A DNA stretch of 8,945 bases from Octopus sinensis (Eukaryota): positions 1 to 8,945 of the forward strand of contig NW_021828176.1 of assembly GCF_006345805.1 (NCBI RefSeq), read 5' to 3'. The translations under genes were made by a program, and so were the position numbers. Below are positions 7,911 through 8,945 of the stretch, piece by piece (within the stretch, counting starts at the first letter, position 1; each line of letters starts with the position of its first letter). The notes under the pieces were generated by a model. The model made no database searches, was not told the DNA's origin, and saw only the letters and a list, made by a program, of their open reading frames with translations.

Positions 7911-8170
7911 GTCCACACACATAGATATATGTATATATATTTATATATATAGCTTGTGGAAAAAACGTGAACAGAGCTGCACAGAAAGTTATGCCCGGTT
8001 GCATATGCAACGGCCAATACTCTGTGCAGAAGAAACACGTGTAGGTCGAATAAAAAAATGTTGTATGGCATTGAATTGTTACATAAAAGGAAATAAACTT
8101 TGAGGATGTACCTGTCTCCATATTCTTTATCGTTGTAATTATTATTAATACGTACACACATACACATATA

Positions 8171-8334
8171 TGACAGGCTTCTTCCAGTTTCCATCTATCA
8201 AATCCACTCACAAGGCTTTGGTCGGCCCGAAGCTATAGTAAAAGACACTTGCCCAAGGTGCCATGCAGTGAGACTGAATCCGAAACCATGTGGTTGGTAA
8301 AGCAAACTACTTACCACACAGCCACTCCTGCGCC
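8171..8334 (-). mobile_element. Family B SINE, 5' half
   Basis: Reverse complement of 3033-3198. A-box TGGCTGTGTGG at 8324-8314. Confidence 0.9.
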
Positions 8335-8383
8335 TATATATATGTATGTTTATAAATATATATGTATGTTTATATATACATAT

Positions 8384-8418
<35 letters not shown>

Positions 8419-8419
8419 C

Positions 8420-8473
<54 letters not shown>

Positions 8474-8476
8474 ATA
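8335..8476. repeat. (TA)n/(TATG)n microsatellite
   Basis: Direct reading. Confidence 0.95.
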
Positions 8477-8575
8477 TTAATAGTAATGGTAAGATAACAA
8501 AAGAATGAATGAGGCCTTGATATTATGTAAATAGAGGAATTTATCTATAGTTATAATATGTGACAATTATTCGGT

Positions 8576-8582
<7 letters not shown>

Positions 8583-8657
<75 letters not shown>

Positions 8658-8672
8658 GGAGAGAGAAAGAGC

Positions 8673-8707
<35 letters not shown>

Positions 8708-8712
8708 TGAGA
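8583..8712. repeat. (AG)n microsatellite
   Basis: Direct reading. Explains the RE/LS ORFs. Confidence 0.97.
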
Positions 8713-8882
8713 GAAAATTCACGAAAAAAACCAAAGACGAAGACAGGTGGTGTAGAAAACAAACAGATGTATTAGTTTAACGCTCAGGAATTGAAAAAGT
8801 CTTTTACGTTTCGAGCCTACGCTCTTCTACAGAAAAGAACACAGAAAGAAACAAGGAGAGAAAATAAATGTGTGTAGTGGCT
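8713..8882 (-). mobile_element. Short, probably PLE-derived non-autonomous element bounded by (AG)n and (CA)n
   Basis: A pyrimidine-rich minus strand leads into a minimal hammerhead-like motif. No ORF. Confidence 0.5.
8799..8838 (-). ncRNA. Minimal type I hammerhead-ribozyme variant (core CUGUAGA)
   Basis: Minus strand reads UCUUUU-CUGUAGA-A-GAGC-GUAG-GCUC-GAAA-C-GUA-AAAGAC. Confidence 0.6.
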
Positions 8883-8945
8883 ACACACACACATTCACAT
8901 ACACACACACATTCACACACACACACACACTCATTCACACACATT
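8883..8945. repeat. Imperfect (CA)n microsatellite
   Basis: Direct reading. Confidence 0.93.

Overview
Repeat-dense, AT-rich eukaryotic non-coding DNA (intronic or intergenic), almost certainly from a coleoid cephalopod and probably Octopus, judged from recognisable tRNA-derived SINE families. It holds about ten full or partial copies of three tRNA-SINE families (called A, B and C here), two DNA-transposon end relics (hAT-like and Tigger-like) and many microsatellites. The long ORFs in the track are microsatellite or SINE artefacts. The only plausible coding signal is a small, uncertain two-exon island at about 1450-1860. The most interesting items are two minimal hammerhead-ribozyme-like motifs of the Penelope-like-element (PLE) type in short microsatellite-bounded elements (8799-8838 minus, 7343-7390 plus), several long hairpins (138-213, 5263-5310, 7439-7506), and inverted SINE pairs that could form dsRNA. 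Family names come from memory and hand alignment, not from database searches.
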